A stretch of DNA of 64,000 nucleotides. Origin: Lingula anatina. Taxonomy: Eukaryota > Animalia > Brachiopoda. A model generated the notes under the pieces. That model searched no databases and was not told where the DNA came from. It saw only the letters and a program-made list of their open reading frames with translations. The stretch spans positions 36,152,401 to 36,216,400 of the forward strand of contig CM120641.1 of the NCBI GenBank assembly GCA_051362555.1, given 5' to 3'. Below are positions 1 through 12,269 of the stretch, piece by piece; positions within the stretch are counted from its first letter, which is position 1, and each line of letters begins with the position of its first letter. The translations under genes and the position numbers were made by a program.

Positions 1-34
1 ACGAGTCTTACAAGCGTGATATAGGTGTACGCAC

Positions 35-982
35 CTTAGGCCCAGGCACCAAGGGTTTCCACATGTGAAGGCCTTTCACGAGATTTGTGTTACACAGGGG
101 CAGTTGCATTTGACCCACAATACAGTGACGTGAATATTTATCAAAATCTTTTAACAGGATCTGTAGCGTCCTGTTCTGGAGTTCTTTGTATGGAATTTCA
201 AACGAGAATACTTCTTCCCACACTGGATTCTGGGTTTTCCTTTGCACGGACGACTGTTGGGAGTTCTTTGTGTCTGGCAGCAAACAGATTTTGCAATACG
301 GATTAGAACGCGCCATGTCGATTTTGGATTCGTCCAAAAAGTATGGCGGGGGCAATTCCTTGGCTTCTATGAGTTTCACCATGAGGGTGTTTGTGGGTAT
401 TTCATACTGTAGGCTAAAGCGAATCTGTCCTAATTGAAACCGAGTGAGTTTCTCTTCATCTGTTAAACTTTCTTCGCTCTGGTTTTCAACGACTTCGTAA
501 AGATCTTTATTGAAGCTCTCCATAAATTCACTAGTGCTGGGCATTTTAGTTCGAGGAGAGCGGGGCTGGACATTTTCTCTGGCTGCCCAGAATTCTATAG
601 GTTTCATCTCAATCACAGGCGTAACACTGGACCTCCTTGGCACAGAGTACTCTGAACCATACCCAGAGCTTGACGAATCATGCCGAGATTTACTCGAACT
701 CACAGATTCCGTCCGGAATTTGTCCCTCTCCCTTTCCTTTTCCCTTTCCCTTTCCAATTCTATCCCGACTCGTTCTCTTAGACTGCCGAGGCTCCCCGTG
801 CTGTCTTCATCATTACTGTCTTCGGATAGTGATTTTGAAATGGGTCTTCTGACGGTGACGTACTGGATGTCCTGTTTGGTAACTTTGACGTTGGGGGTCT
901 GTGGGAGACAGCAGTCGCAGCAGCGTTCACACCAGTCGCATCCTGAGACAAATTTAAGCATCTTCTTGATGTAACCATCGTT
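35..982 (-). CDS. Synaptotagmin-17-like (B/K-type) protein, large exon with N-terminal Cys cluster, low-complexity linker and C2A domain; gene continues beyond window start
   Basis: ORF 8..961 encodes a clear C2 domain (LGQIRFSLQY...SNPYCKICLLPD...TQNPVWEEVFSF...DFDKYSRHCIVGQ) and an N-terminal CDWCERCCDCC cluster with no transmembrane helix, as in SYT17. Minus-strand acceptor AG at 984-983 and donor GT at 34-33. Confidence 0.8.
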
Positions 983-1721
983 CTAAAAAAGGGTACAAAA
1001 AATCAAATCAATTAAATGATAATTTAAGTTATCAAAATTTTAGCAGGAAAAGAATCAGAAACAATCCTTTGAAGAAACTGTCATTTTGGATAAAAGTGAC
1101 AATGAAAGAGAACATATATATTATTTACTACCTGGTATATGTTACAACATTTAAGAAAACTATTGTTCTGAATCAGTCTTTGGAACATCAACATTGACAC
1201 TAAAAGGGAATAGATTTGTTATTTGCCACCTGGTACATGTGTATATGAAACCTAACTTAACAAAACCATAGTTCTGAAACAACCCTTGGAACAACAGCAT
1301 TAGCTGTAAATTGTTGGAATAATAAAATTGCCATTTGATACGAGACAGCTTTACTCTTAACAAGCTATTGCCATGGAAAATTAAATGCCAAGTAATGCAT
1401 TTAGAACAATATACTGTTTATACAAGAAATATCCTTTGCTGAACAAAGTATACTGTTAATATAATGTACTGTTTATACAAGAAATATACTTTGTTGAACA
1501 AATTTAATTTTTAAAAATGACATTTGATAGCCCTGCTTTATAAACGATGTGACATGCACAAATTGCACAGAATGCATCCTGCTGACCTAATCGAGTTTAC
1601 GACAGTGCTCTGCTGCAGTTAAGGGAAAGTTTCACTTTTTTAGAATTGTAATAAGTCAAAAATGTCAATAAATTTTATCACCATGCAGGCAGGGTATTTT
1701 CATGGGTAAATGAAGGGAAGC

Positions 1722-1754
<33 letters not shown>
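1722..1754. repeat. (CT)n microsatellite
   Basis: Direct reading. Confidence 0.95.
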
Positions 1755-1758
<4 letters not shown>

Positions 1759-4700
1759 AGGTTTTGGAAATTTGTACGAGTGCATTTAACGTGGACCATT
1801 TATATATTAAAACTTTGCTTGGGGTCGGATCGATACTGTTTACTTAATTAGCCTCGTCAAATAATTGACATATTCGGAAACAAAGCCCCGAGTGCCTCCT
1901 AGACGCGTATCACGAATCCAATCAAATTCAGTGCAGGCAGATATAGGTTCAATGAAAAAATGATAAAAGAGTCATTGATACGATGTAAAGCATTACTGAG
2001 ATTCCTTCAATTATCTTCCCTTAAGCCCGCGGAGACCTACAGTGTTTTTGCAAAACACACCAACCGCAAAACCGACACAAAATCAATATTTGAAGGCAAA
2101 CATCTGTCAGTTAAGGTCTTGGGTAGTTCAAATCATTTTGACTTAGATACTTAACATGTGGGCTTCGGGCAAATACTTGTTATCAACAAAGTTTCCGCAC
2201 TGTGTATGGCCTAATAAGCCTGGGGAGCAGTATAATGATAACACTACTATAGACTTCCTTAATGTCGGTTTCTGATTATCACTTTTAATTTTCAGGTTGT
2301 TCATATATTCCTTAGAAAGCTATATATATATATATATTCATTTTGATCGAAGCATACTATGGACAACCTAACAAATTTTCAAAGCATTCTTATTTCAATA
2401 AAATTTAATTGTTTAAGGAAACTACGAAATTGTGTCTCCTTAATGACATCGAAAATGCCAAAATACAAATACATGAAGCAGGCCAAACGTCAGTACTGGT
2501 CCGATTATAATCACATATAAATGTGACGGCAACTGCCTGAGGGAAATCATTTGCATTCTATAACCAAGGCATCTCATAAAAAAAAAACCTATAGTAACTA
2601 ACTAAACTTAATTCAACATTAAGGGAATGTGCCTGGGATCTACCTACACAATCACTGGGCGATATCGTGATCTAACATTCTACTAATAAACACAATTAAC
2701 GGCACTATCTAAAATCCACTTCTTCACAACAGGTTTCAGGGTGATACATTATTCAGCAAAGCCTACCGCTACAATATACTAGGACTATTAGTATATTATC
2801 TGTGTAGCAAGAAGTGTTGAAATACGGAGCGTGGGTTGTCGCAGAGTGCCCATGGAAGATTACACATAGTCTATAAATCGATTTTGGCAATGTTAGCATC
2901 GGTGCTAATGACACAAAGTGTGAAATTCAATCTTGCTAGCATCAGCGCATTCTGTGGGATTGGCTTTTCAGCAAGGCTAAAAAGAATAACCAGTATGCTA
3001 TTTTTAAGTTAATAGAAATCATTTGAATTAAGGAGGCAAAGTAAGGGCGTTTAAATCACGTGTAAAAAAGCTGCTTCGGCTCGAAAGGAATAAATAAATG
3101 AGGGACGCGTTGATTGATGGTTAAAGCATTTGTTATTTTCTAGGGAGAGACGTTTATAAAGGTCGGCCGTCAGAGAGGAAAATGTGCGAAGGCTGATTTG
3201 TTGTGATCACGAGGAATAAAAATCGATCACAAGAAAAGTTTGTGATTTACAAGCTGTTCTCAATCCTCAGATGTAACTATTCATGAATGTTGACGGAAGG
3301 CAAAGTAAAAAATTCGTCCTAAAATACCATTGGTGCAAAAAGGGTTAATATTTTTTTTAAGGGAACTTTCTAGTCTGAAATAATTAGAAACATATAAACC
3401 TCAGTTTTACATGCGTATATCATTTGCATACTCAACTATATTCCTGGTAATGTTTGTAGATTAAACGATGCATCAACTTCGGAGAAAAAATTCTTTTCCT
3501 TGCCAGTTGCCGATATGTTAACGTGAAAACACTTTTTTTATCCACTACGGAACTAAATTAATTACTATACACTTTTTTAGAAACAACCTTTGAAAACACA
3601 ATAGTATGAATCTTTCGGTTTCCGGCCCTGCAATTAAGCATCAAATAATGATGCATTGGGGTTTTAAGAAAAGTAATCAAATATCATATTTTAGTGAGTC
3701 CTGGAATTAATTTAGTGCAGCACGCAATCTGAGAGTTCCAATAAGCAGCGAAATTTAAGTTAACCGTTGCACGCAACCTCTTGTCCTTGCAGGCTTCATG
3801 TATTGTATTATGTTCATGACGCCTATTGTTCTGATATACGAGGAGCAAAATAGATTTTTGTGGTTTTCCTTAGATTTGACCTTGTCAGGTGAAAAAAAAG
3901 ATGCTATGTATTTCTGAGATGTTCAGAACTTCTGAGAAACGGACACAATCTTAATCATTCCAGAGCAGCGCGTATCTGATGTAAGCAAACGTTATTTGAT
4001 TTCATAAATCACAATGCCCAAATGAACTTGGCAAATGCACAATAAGCCAAGAAACCATGTTAAGAAATATGAACTCTACTTTTAGCGCGAAAGAGGTCGC
4101 CATTCTGTTTTATGTTAAAATATTTCTGAGAATAGAGACTGTTTTTGAAAACACGCAGTAAACAAAACCGACAAGTAAATTAGGCCTACGGGCCGTACGC
4201 TGCACAGATTATTCCATTTAAATTGTCCTTCTAAAAATCAACAAACAGGGAATATTAAATTGAGAAAAGAATATGCGCTAGCTTCAATATCAAACAGAAA
4301 CCATCGCACAGTATATGCAGAGTTGAATGATCGATTGTCGATTCTCCTTGAATCTTGTTGTACCAGCTATTCTTTTATAGATTTATTCATGATAATCTCC
4401 AATTACTTCCTTTATGGTAAGTTAGGTACACAATTATTTGTACTTTATGACATTAAGTAGCATTTGTTCGGAAGAAACGTATGGTCCTGAACGCGAGTGA
4501 ATACGAGTGAAGTGAAAATCACTTGGCATAGAAAAATCTTATGAATAAAAAAGCGTGCGCCTAGCACTTACAAGCACGTACAGGTTTGGAAAAAAAAATA
4601 TATAAAATGTTTATAATTGAATACCTTAAAATACCTTATTAATATGATAAATTATCATTTGGTTTGCATAAACTGCATAACGACTAGTTGTAGAAAAAGA

Positions 4701-5239
4701 AATCATTGGGAGTCGAGATAATGCACAGGAAAACATAATGAAAATGAAACGTGTATCGGAAATCAAATTGATTGAACAAATTAAATGAAGCCGATATTGA
4801 GCATTAAAGGAAAACATAAAAAAAGTTCTATTTTCATGGAGTATTCCTACATGTAACATTTCGCCAATTCCGCTTCTTAGTAGGCCTGTTGTTATCGGCC
4901 ACATGCACTTTATAGATATATATATATATATATATAAGGGTATGATGTTTTTAAAGATAAAGTGAAAAGAATATTTGTAATTTGAACACATGAGGGCTTT
5001 GTACGTGCATCCTGAAACATTAACGCTTTTGTTCAGAACTGCATTAAGATAACGCTTCCCTACACCTGCACCTTCAACATGAATAGGCTATGCTGGTGGA
5101 GTTGAAACTTTCACGTCAACGTAGGTCAAAATATTGATTATAATCTGAAGAAATTACACGGACATCGAAAATATCCTTTTCACGGATTTTTCAATCAATA
5201 AAGTACGTGTACAATATTCTACAATTCTATTCAATGTAC

Positions 5240-5266
5240 CTTGTCAGAGGCCCCTTCTTGCGTCAT
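5240..5266 (-). CDS. Candidate first coding micro-exon of the synaptotagmin-like gene (MTQEGASDK)
   Basis: ATG at 5266, 27 nt, then AAG|GTACA donor. Phase 0 matches the exon starting at 982 (NDGYIKKML...). Frame compatibility only. Confidence 0.4.
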
Positions 5267-7032
5267 TCTCTGAAATAAGCTCTGCTCAAATGACTGGCCG
5301 ACTGCGCGTTACCCCAGCGAAATTGCCTGGTCACGTCGGATCTGCTGCAACGAATGGACATAAAGTGATAAATGTAAAATTGTTGGCATAATGACGTACA
5401 TATACATATTTGCTGTAATTTCAACTAAAACTGGCAAATTATCAGATCATTTACCAGTGGCATGCCGTTGTCATGGCGCAGTTGCCGTAACAAATGCGCG
5501 GAAAATAGCAAATGTAAAAGCATTGGAACAATGGCCAACGTATGTCTGCCTTCTTTTGTATTTTCAAACGAAACGGGCCTTTTTTTAACATAATAATATG
5601 TAACTACCGACGAGCTAGCAGTGATACAAAATTAAGCGGCATTGATACTTGGTGATAATGGCCTTTTAAGGTCGTATCATTTAAAAGCTGCAGTTGCATT
5701 GATTGCGAAATTGACCCAAAATCTAGGCTATTGTCAGAGCAATTGTTGTAATATTGTAATCTGAAGTAAACGACGATGATATGGAAGTAATGTAGCACAG
5801 TTTCCACTTTTTTATTTGTAGGTCTGCCTAGCCAAACTCGATCGTGACACAATGTATAGTCTGCTGAAAGCCATGCATATTTTATGCCACTATATTGAAA
5901 AGTGTGCTGTATAAAAGACACGATCATTTTGATCAGCAGCATTTAAACATCATATATTGAAGGAAATTCTCTTCTAGATTATAAACTACATTCAAACTAA
6001 GATAGAGTTAAATGCAAAATCAAATTTCCACCTTGAAAACTTGATATCAAACGTCTAATGTTACAAAATAATGCAGTAAATAAAAAAATTACAAAAGGAA
6101 TTTCGTTTTCATCTCTTTCTAAAATGTCATCTTGTCAAAATATATTCAACATGAAAAGACACTTAATATCCCCAGTGATTGTCCACCACAGACGTCGACA
6201 TATTGACTATAAGATTTCACATTTACTGTAGACTCAATGAATACATATTTCAAAATGTTCCTTTTTCATATAAAACAACTACACCAAAAAGACGGAGTTT
6301 GAGATAAATCTACACACACGCCCAAGTAGGATGTTTACACAATGGTTAGAAAAAAACGAAGAAACACCCACCAGCTTAACCGCGGACTCCACTTTATACC
6401 GCCTTTGCGCTTTACAGCTTTCCACCTTATCTTAGGCTGCATATACCTGTCATCTGCTTGTGTGTTTCTGTTTACGTCGACAGCCAAGTAGAAAGGTGCA
6501 TCAGTAGATACTGCCACCCATATGGTTGCACCTCTGGTTTATCAGGACTCAAATATTCCTGGGTTAACTCGATCTTAATAAAGACTGCTGCATTATTGTC
6601 TTGGCAACGGCATATCAAATTTTCCGTGCGGAATGAGATTTCTGCTAACACATATTACTATCGATCGATCCGTCAAGATGGCTGCTCTGCACGATTCCTA
6701 GGAACACAATGGCCGGTTGCTGCGAAGCTTCAGTCTTTTTCCTGGACACGTTGAGTGCTACATTGAAATGCTGATGCGTCGTCATTTTTTCCATTTCTAC
6801 GAGACGATGTGTTCTTTCCTAGACTACAGTAGTGAACGTGTATAATGTGACGGAGATAGTAATTTAAATGAAGGCCTTTACTGTTGGATGATCGAGACAC
6901 CAAACTAATGAGTAGTAAAATGCACATAAGGCAAAGGTGTATTTAATGAACTTTGCATTAAAAATCTATTTGATAAATTGGCTATTATCGTTGTCTTTTT
7001 TAATACATATATAAGACACATCTTTAATACAT

Positions 7033-7035
<3 letters not shown>

Positions 7036-7076
<41 letters not shown>
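7036..7076. repeat. (CT)n microsatellite
   Basis: Direct reading. Confidence 0.95.
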
Positions 7077-7080
<4 letters not shown>

Positions 7081-7250
7081 CTAACCATGCCCCTATCCAT
7101 ACATAATACCCAAAATTTCACTTACACCAGGCAAAGAATTTGATATTTAATTCCTTGTTTAATAAAGATATCCCCACTTTCGCCTTAAATCCCCATCTCT
7201 CGGGTGAATTGCAGATTTAGATGTCAGTCTCTTTGTACATGTATATACAT

Positions 7251-7438
7251 CAGGCCCGTACCCAGGGGGGGGGGGGGGGGGTTCGGGGGGTTCGAAAGAA
7301 CCGCCCCTTTTGGCCCCTTTTGCTGGGAAAAGGTCCACTCTGGGTAAAATTTGATCTAGGTACATGACGTTTTTATGGGAAAAGGTCCACTTTTTCAAAA
7401 AAAGAACCCCCCTTTTGAAATTGCTGGCTACGGGCCTG
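7251..7438. mobile_element. 188-bp MITE with CAGGCCCGTA termini and 5-bp TSD (hAT5-like)
   Basis: CAGGCCCGTA...TACGGGCCTG terminal inverted repeat, TACAT on both sides (7246-7250, 7439-7443), internal G-run. Confidence 0.8.
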
Positions 7439-9559
7439 TACATGCATATAAGCACAATAATAATTATTATCATTTTAATTAGTTCAAGTGCTTTTTAGAA
7501 GGCAATAACCCAACAGATAGGGCCTATGTATAAAAATACATTACAAGTATGCAATTGAGCCCATTTTGACAAAAGTTAGGCTAACTGTCGACTGAAAGAC
7601 AATAAATATCTCAACAGTTTCGGTTACGTTATATATCGATCGATTATCGATGAACAATCAGCTACCATGTCGCGCATTCTCCTTTTCTCAACAATGACAC
7701 ATCTGAAACGAAAAATCCAATATAATGTAAAAAGCAAATACAAATCAGACCCGAACGTATAGAGGACAGTAATACGATGTATCGTATAAAATCAACGGAC
7801 AGGCAAAGTTGATCCTTTGTATAAACAATTAATATTCCAATTTATTTTGACTCATTTTACATAAGGCGTTTCCTTCTATCCAGTATGCTTTAAAAAGTGC
7901 ATCTACATCGCAGCGCCGTAGGCTGAGAAAAATGCCTGGTGGGCGGTAGGGGGGAAACAAAACTTGCAAACAGGTTATACGTAGTGCTCCTCCATTACGT
8001 TTGCTGTAAAAGTAAGACTATCATGGACTGAGAAAAACTTAACAGATTATAAACCACTCCCTAAAAACCCTATAATAATTATTTATATTTTTGCAATTTT
8101 AATTAAAATATATGGGAAAATAAAGCAAAGAAAAAGAGTAATACAAGATCAAATGAAATTTACATCATAGAATATATCACCTGTCATACAGGAAATGAAA
8201 GTGCCTCTAAAACACCGCCCTTCCACCGTCTAATTTATGGAAATGTTCTCACTCTGTTTTGTTTCTTTTAAAACAAGAGCCTCGATACAAACTTCGATTG
8301 CACAAAAATCTCCGAGTGTAATCGAGTTAATGTGAATGAGTGCTCGGACGCACGCTCTCAAGTGTCAAATGGCTTAGGGGTATTGTAACTTAAGTTCATG
8401 TCGACAGGATTCAAGGATATTGCGCCAATGTTAATTATGGGGGAGAAGGTATGACTAATTTCCCTTCGATGTTCTCATCATGGCTGCATGTTCCCTTTCA
8501 AAGTAAATGCATAAATGTTTCTTTTAAAATGAGAAAGATCCACATAGTAAAAATGATAAACACATTCTAAGCACAGATGTGCACGAAATTCAATAATCAA
8601 ATTTGCCCATCATTCTCAAACGCCATCCCACACATTCAGAATGACGACATGTTGACGACATTAACGCCACCATGCGACTATTTGTGAGTAAAAGAATAAA
8701 AGCGCGAAATTTTGAACTTATGATCACACATCAACGGACAAGGCAGCGGGAAGGAGGTCTTGCGTTGCACTCCAACAAGCACAAGCCTTGAAGGGGCGCG
8801 AAATTCAGCCAATTCTTCGAGGAGACTCTTCGAATCTCGTGCTCATCCTACGTACATCAACGCACCTAAGGATATTGGATATTGGATTCCACGCTTTATT
8901 GAGCGAGGAATCATCGCTCAATAAAATCAACGCTCAAACAGCATTGAATTACTCTGCGCCTGGTTGTCTAATAACCTTCAAAGGATACATTATAATCATC
9001 ATCATCATCAGTTTCATCTGTTGTGGAACAAAATTTATTTACTGGATACATTTCGCTTTTTATTTCGGCTCTGGGCTTGTGCGTTAAGGTTTTTTATACC
9101 AACTTTATCTATCCCTTTGTTTCTGCCTCTTTGTGAATTCCTTTGGCACGTTTCTAAGTCGCTATTTTTCTTGCTTTCATTGTGGCTTGAAGCAAAAAGC
9201 TGCACATGCTCTACCCATGGCCTTTCTTGTTGTGCAGTTGATAATATGCGCCATGTGACTGGGGAGTTCGAAGCAACTGACTACACACGGTTATTTCACA
9301 TGTTTCAGCCGATGTTTTAATTTGTCTTTACATGTATTCTAGTTTCTTTTTTTATTACATGTACAGATCAGCCAACAGATCCAAGAAGCAGACCAATTAA
9401 GCTATGAAATGGGCTAGGATTGGAAAACTTCAGTTTTATTAACATGTAGAATAACTATACCTTCTTTTTCTGTCTATTAACAGAACCCCGAGACAGAATA
9501 TGGCAACTTTTGAGAGAACTCCCAAATTTTCATGGCAAGACAAACCCAGCGGGCAAATC

Positions 9560-10200
9560 AACATTGAATCAATGTTGAATCAACGTTGATGGTCAACGTT
9601 GAAACTATGTTGATATGACGTTGACTATGAAAGTTGACTCAACGTTGAACCATCAAGGTTGAATCAACCTTGAGGTATCAATGTTGAATCAACGTTGACG
9701 GTCAATGTTGAAACTATGTTGATATGACGTTGACTATGAAAGTTGAATCAATGTTGAACCATCAAGGTTGAATCAACCTTGAGGTATCAATGTAGAATCA
9801 ACATTGACAGTCAACGTTGAAACTATGTTGATATGACGTTGACTATGAAAGTTGACTCAACGTTGAACCATCAAGTTTGAATCAACCTTGAGGTATCAAT
9901 GTTGAATCAACGTTGACGGTCAACGTTGAAACTATGTTGATATGATGTTGACTATGAAAGTTGAATCAACGTTGAACCATCAAGGTTGAATCAACCTTGA
10001 GGTATCAATGTTGAATCAACGTTGATGGTCAATGTTGAAACTATGTTGATATGACGTTGACTATGAAAGTTGAATCAATGTTGAACCATCAAGGTTGAAT
10101 CAACCTTGAGGTATCAATGTTGAATCAACATTGATACCTCAATGTTGAATCAATGTTGAAATTAAGTTGAATTTGAAAATTGAATTAACGTTGAGATATC
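9560..10200. repeat. Tandem array, about 5 copies of a 109-bp unit made of TCAACGTTGA-like palindromes
   Basis: GAAACTATG recurs at 9601, 9710, 9819, 9928 and 10037. Confidence 0.92.
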
Positions 10201-10551
10201 AATTAGGCTATCAGGATATTCGATTGAAATAGGAAAATTACCTACAAAAAAAAAGGGAATTTCGGAAGAAAAGGGGGGGGGGGGGTCAAGACCCCGGGAC
10301 CAGCCCCTGTATCCACTTATGGGTTGTCAGATTCTTTTTAATCTCTCCAGTTTGATGCTCAGTGTTACGGACCAAAACAGCCCGAACATAAAAAACATAA
10401 ACAACAACTAATTCAACTATGAATATAATATATTACAAACAATGAACAAACACTACATACACTAACTACATGTAAAACTATCACGTTGCATAACATTTTA
10501 ACATTTGTCAAGTACATGTAAATTCTAACAGATACGTAGACAGTTAAGTTC

Positions 10552-10750
10552 TGAAGACGCAATGTCACAGTTTGACGAGTCCTTTTCTGTGGAACGTTCC
10601 TCCTGATAGTGTGGGGTTTTGAAGATGCAATGTCACCGTTTTCCATGTCCTTATCTGTTGAACGATCCTCCTAAAAGTGTGGGGTTTTGAAGACGCAATG
10701 TCACCGTTTTACATGTCCTTATCTGTTGAACGATCCTCCTGATAGTGTGG
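10552..10750. repeat. Three copies of a 68-bp tandem repeat inside the EnSpm-like element
   Basis: GAAGA(C/T)GCAATGTCAC recurs at 10553, 10621 and 10689. Confidence 0.88.
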
Positions 10751-10884
10751 CCTCACAAAGTACTGTTAATTAAGTGTTAATTAAGTGTTACACACTGTCC
10801 ACACTCACGTGTTGCATCAGTTCATGTTATCTGGAGTCTCGCACTTAATAACAGTCCCGCACTTCATTTACATTTTACAAGTAT

Positions 10885-11305
10885 GCAGGCACATACGGTA
10901 ATTACTCATAAAAATTAAACAACATATTAGCTTTACTAAAATGATTATAACGTCACATCAGGTAGTAAAGATAATTTTAAGAATACAAAAAACAAAGGGT
11001 CACCAGTCTAATTTTTTCTCACAGCTAACTTAAATTTCTAAAAAAACAGGCATTTTTGGCTTTTTCAAGCTTTTTCTTCAATCTTGTGTAATATTTTGTC
11101 AATTTGCCATAAAGTAAGGTTGGTGACCCTATGTTTTTTTTTTCTTTTTCTTAAAGATAACCTGAACATCAAATCTGGAAAGTTAAAAAAAAAACTGACG
11201 ACCGCTTTTTTTCACAAAATTAATATTAATGAAAAACAAGTAAAACAAGGGGAAAAACAAGGGGTAAAACAAGTGTTAAATTATGAGGGGTAATTACCCC
11301 TATGC
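10885..11305. mobile_element. Degenerate fold-back MITE nested in the EnSpm-like element
   Basis: Inverted pairs GGTAATTACTCATA / TATGAGGGGTAATTACC and AAAAAACAAAGGGTCACCA / TGGTGACCCTATGTTTTTT. Ends approximate. Confidence 0.5.
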
Positions 11306-11379
11306 ATACCTCTCTAGTAAGATAATCATTTAAAACTATTATCAAGGTTATGATTAAGGTTATAAAGTTTAGGTTGACC

Positions 11380-11765
11380 CAATGTTGAGATCCAGTTGAT
11401 ATGTCAACATTGACAAAGGGTTTTCAAACACAGGTTGATTCAATGTTGAAATCCTGTTGATCTATCAACATTGAAAATTGATTGACAAAGAAAGGTTAAA
11501 TCAATGTTGAGACCCTGTTGATATATCAACATTGACAATTGGTTGACAAGAAAAGGTTGATTCAATGTTGAAATCCTGTTGATCTATCAACATTGAAAAT
11601 TGATTGACAAAGAAATGTTAAATCAATGTTGAGACCCTCTTGATCTATCAACATTGACAATTGGTTGACAAGAAAAGGTTGATTCAATGTTGAGATCTTG
11701 TTGATCTATCAATATTGATGGATCAACATCATCTCAACCTATCCTCAATGTTGAGTCAACGTTGA
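11380..11765. repeat. Tandem array of 61-bp units with 122-bp higher-order alternation
   Basis: T(C/A)TATCAA recurs at 11461, 11522, 11583, 11644 and 11705; alternate units match best. Confidence 0.88.
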
Positions 11766-12269
11766 GTGCCCGCTGGGAAGTGAATGGGACAGAGGTTTAC
11801 CAGTAACACTTTTTCCATAGTGTTTTGTCCTGGGAAGACCTGCTTTCGCAAAGTAGTGACTTTGCTGATCCCGTGGCCAAACGACAAAGACAGACCAGTG
11901 TCTAAGGTTAGTAAATAAGAAATAACTCGACTATGTTCAAATTATCGGGTCGTGTAGGGCCTACATCTTCTTGCGACAAGTTCTTTATAATTAACCACAT
12001 TTATCTGTAACGTCGTTAATGTTAACATATAATGAACAGAAAAATTATTTTCATCGAGTTTCGCAAAATAGTTGCGTTTCTTTTCGTAACCAAGCCGATG
12101 CGATTGATTGACCGACAGCTACTGTCTTATCTATTTTAGTTAACTGGCAGACACCGGTTGGGCATTTCTTTGAAGACAGCGCCATCTAGTAGTTATTTCC
12201 TGTGCGCGTATTTGCAAGAGCAGCAAAAAACGCAGGATGGCTGAAGTCGCATGAAATTGAAATTGTGCA

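Larger units (their letters stand above)
9545..11777. mobile_element. Non-autonomous CMC/EnSpm-like DNA transposon with subterminal palindrome arrays
   Basis: Termini CCCAGCGGGCA...TGCCCGCTGGG flanked by AA on both sides (2-bp TSD). Both arms consist of TCAAC(A/G)TTGA-type palindromic motifs. No transposase ORF. Confidence 0.8.

Noticed and set aside
510-974. 154-aa plus-strand ORF
   Set aside because: Antisense shadow of the synaptotagmin-like exon with low-complexity content.
3325-3347. Solitary piggyBac-like end (GGTGCAAAAAGGGTTAA)
   Set aside because: No matching partner TIR found by eye.
9560-10200. Regular palindromic array resembling a CRISPR locus
   Set aside because: Whole units are repeated with no unique spacers, there are no cas genes, the context is eukaryotic, and the array lies inside a TIR element.
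9484-11907. Exon-like sequence (MATFERTPKFSWQDK...) split by the EnSpm-like insertion
   Set aside because: The rejoined frame contains stops and no recognisable family; insufficient support.
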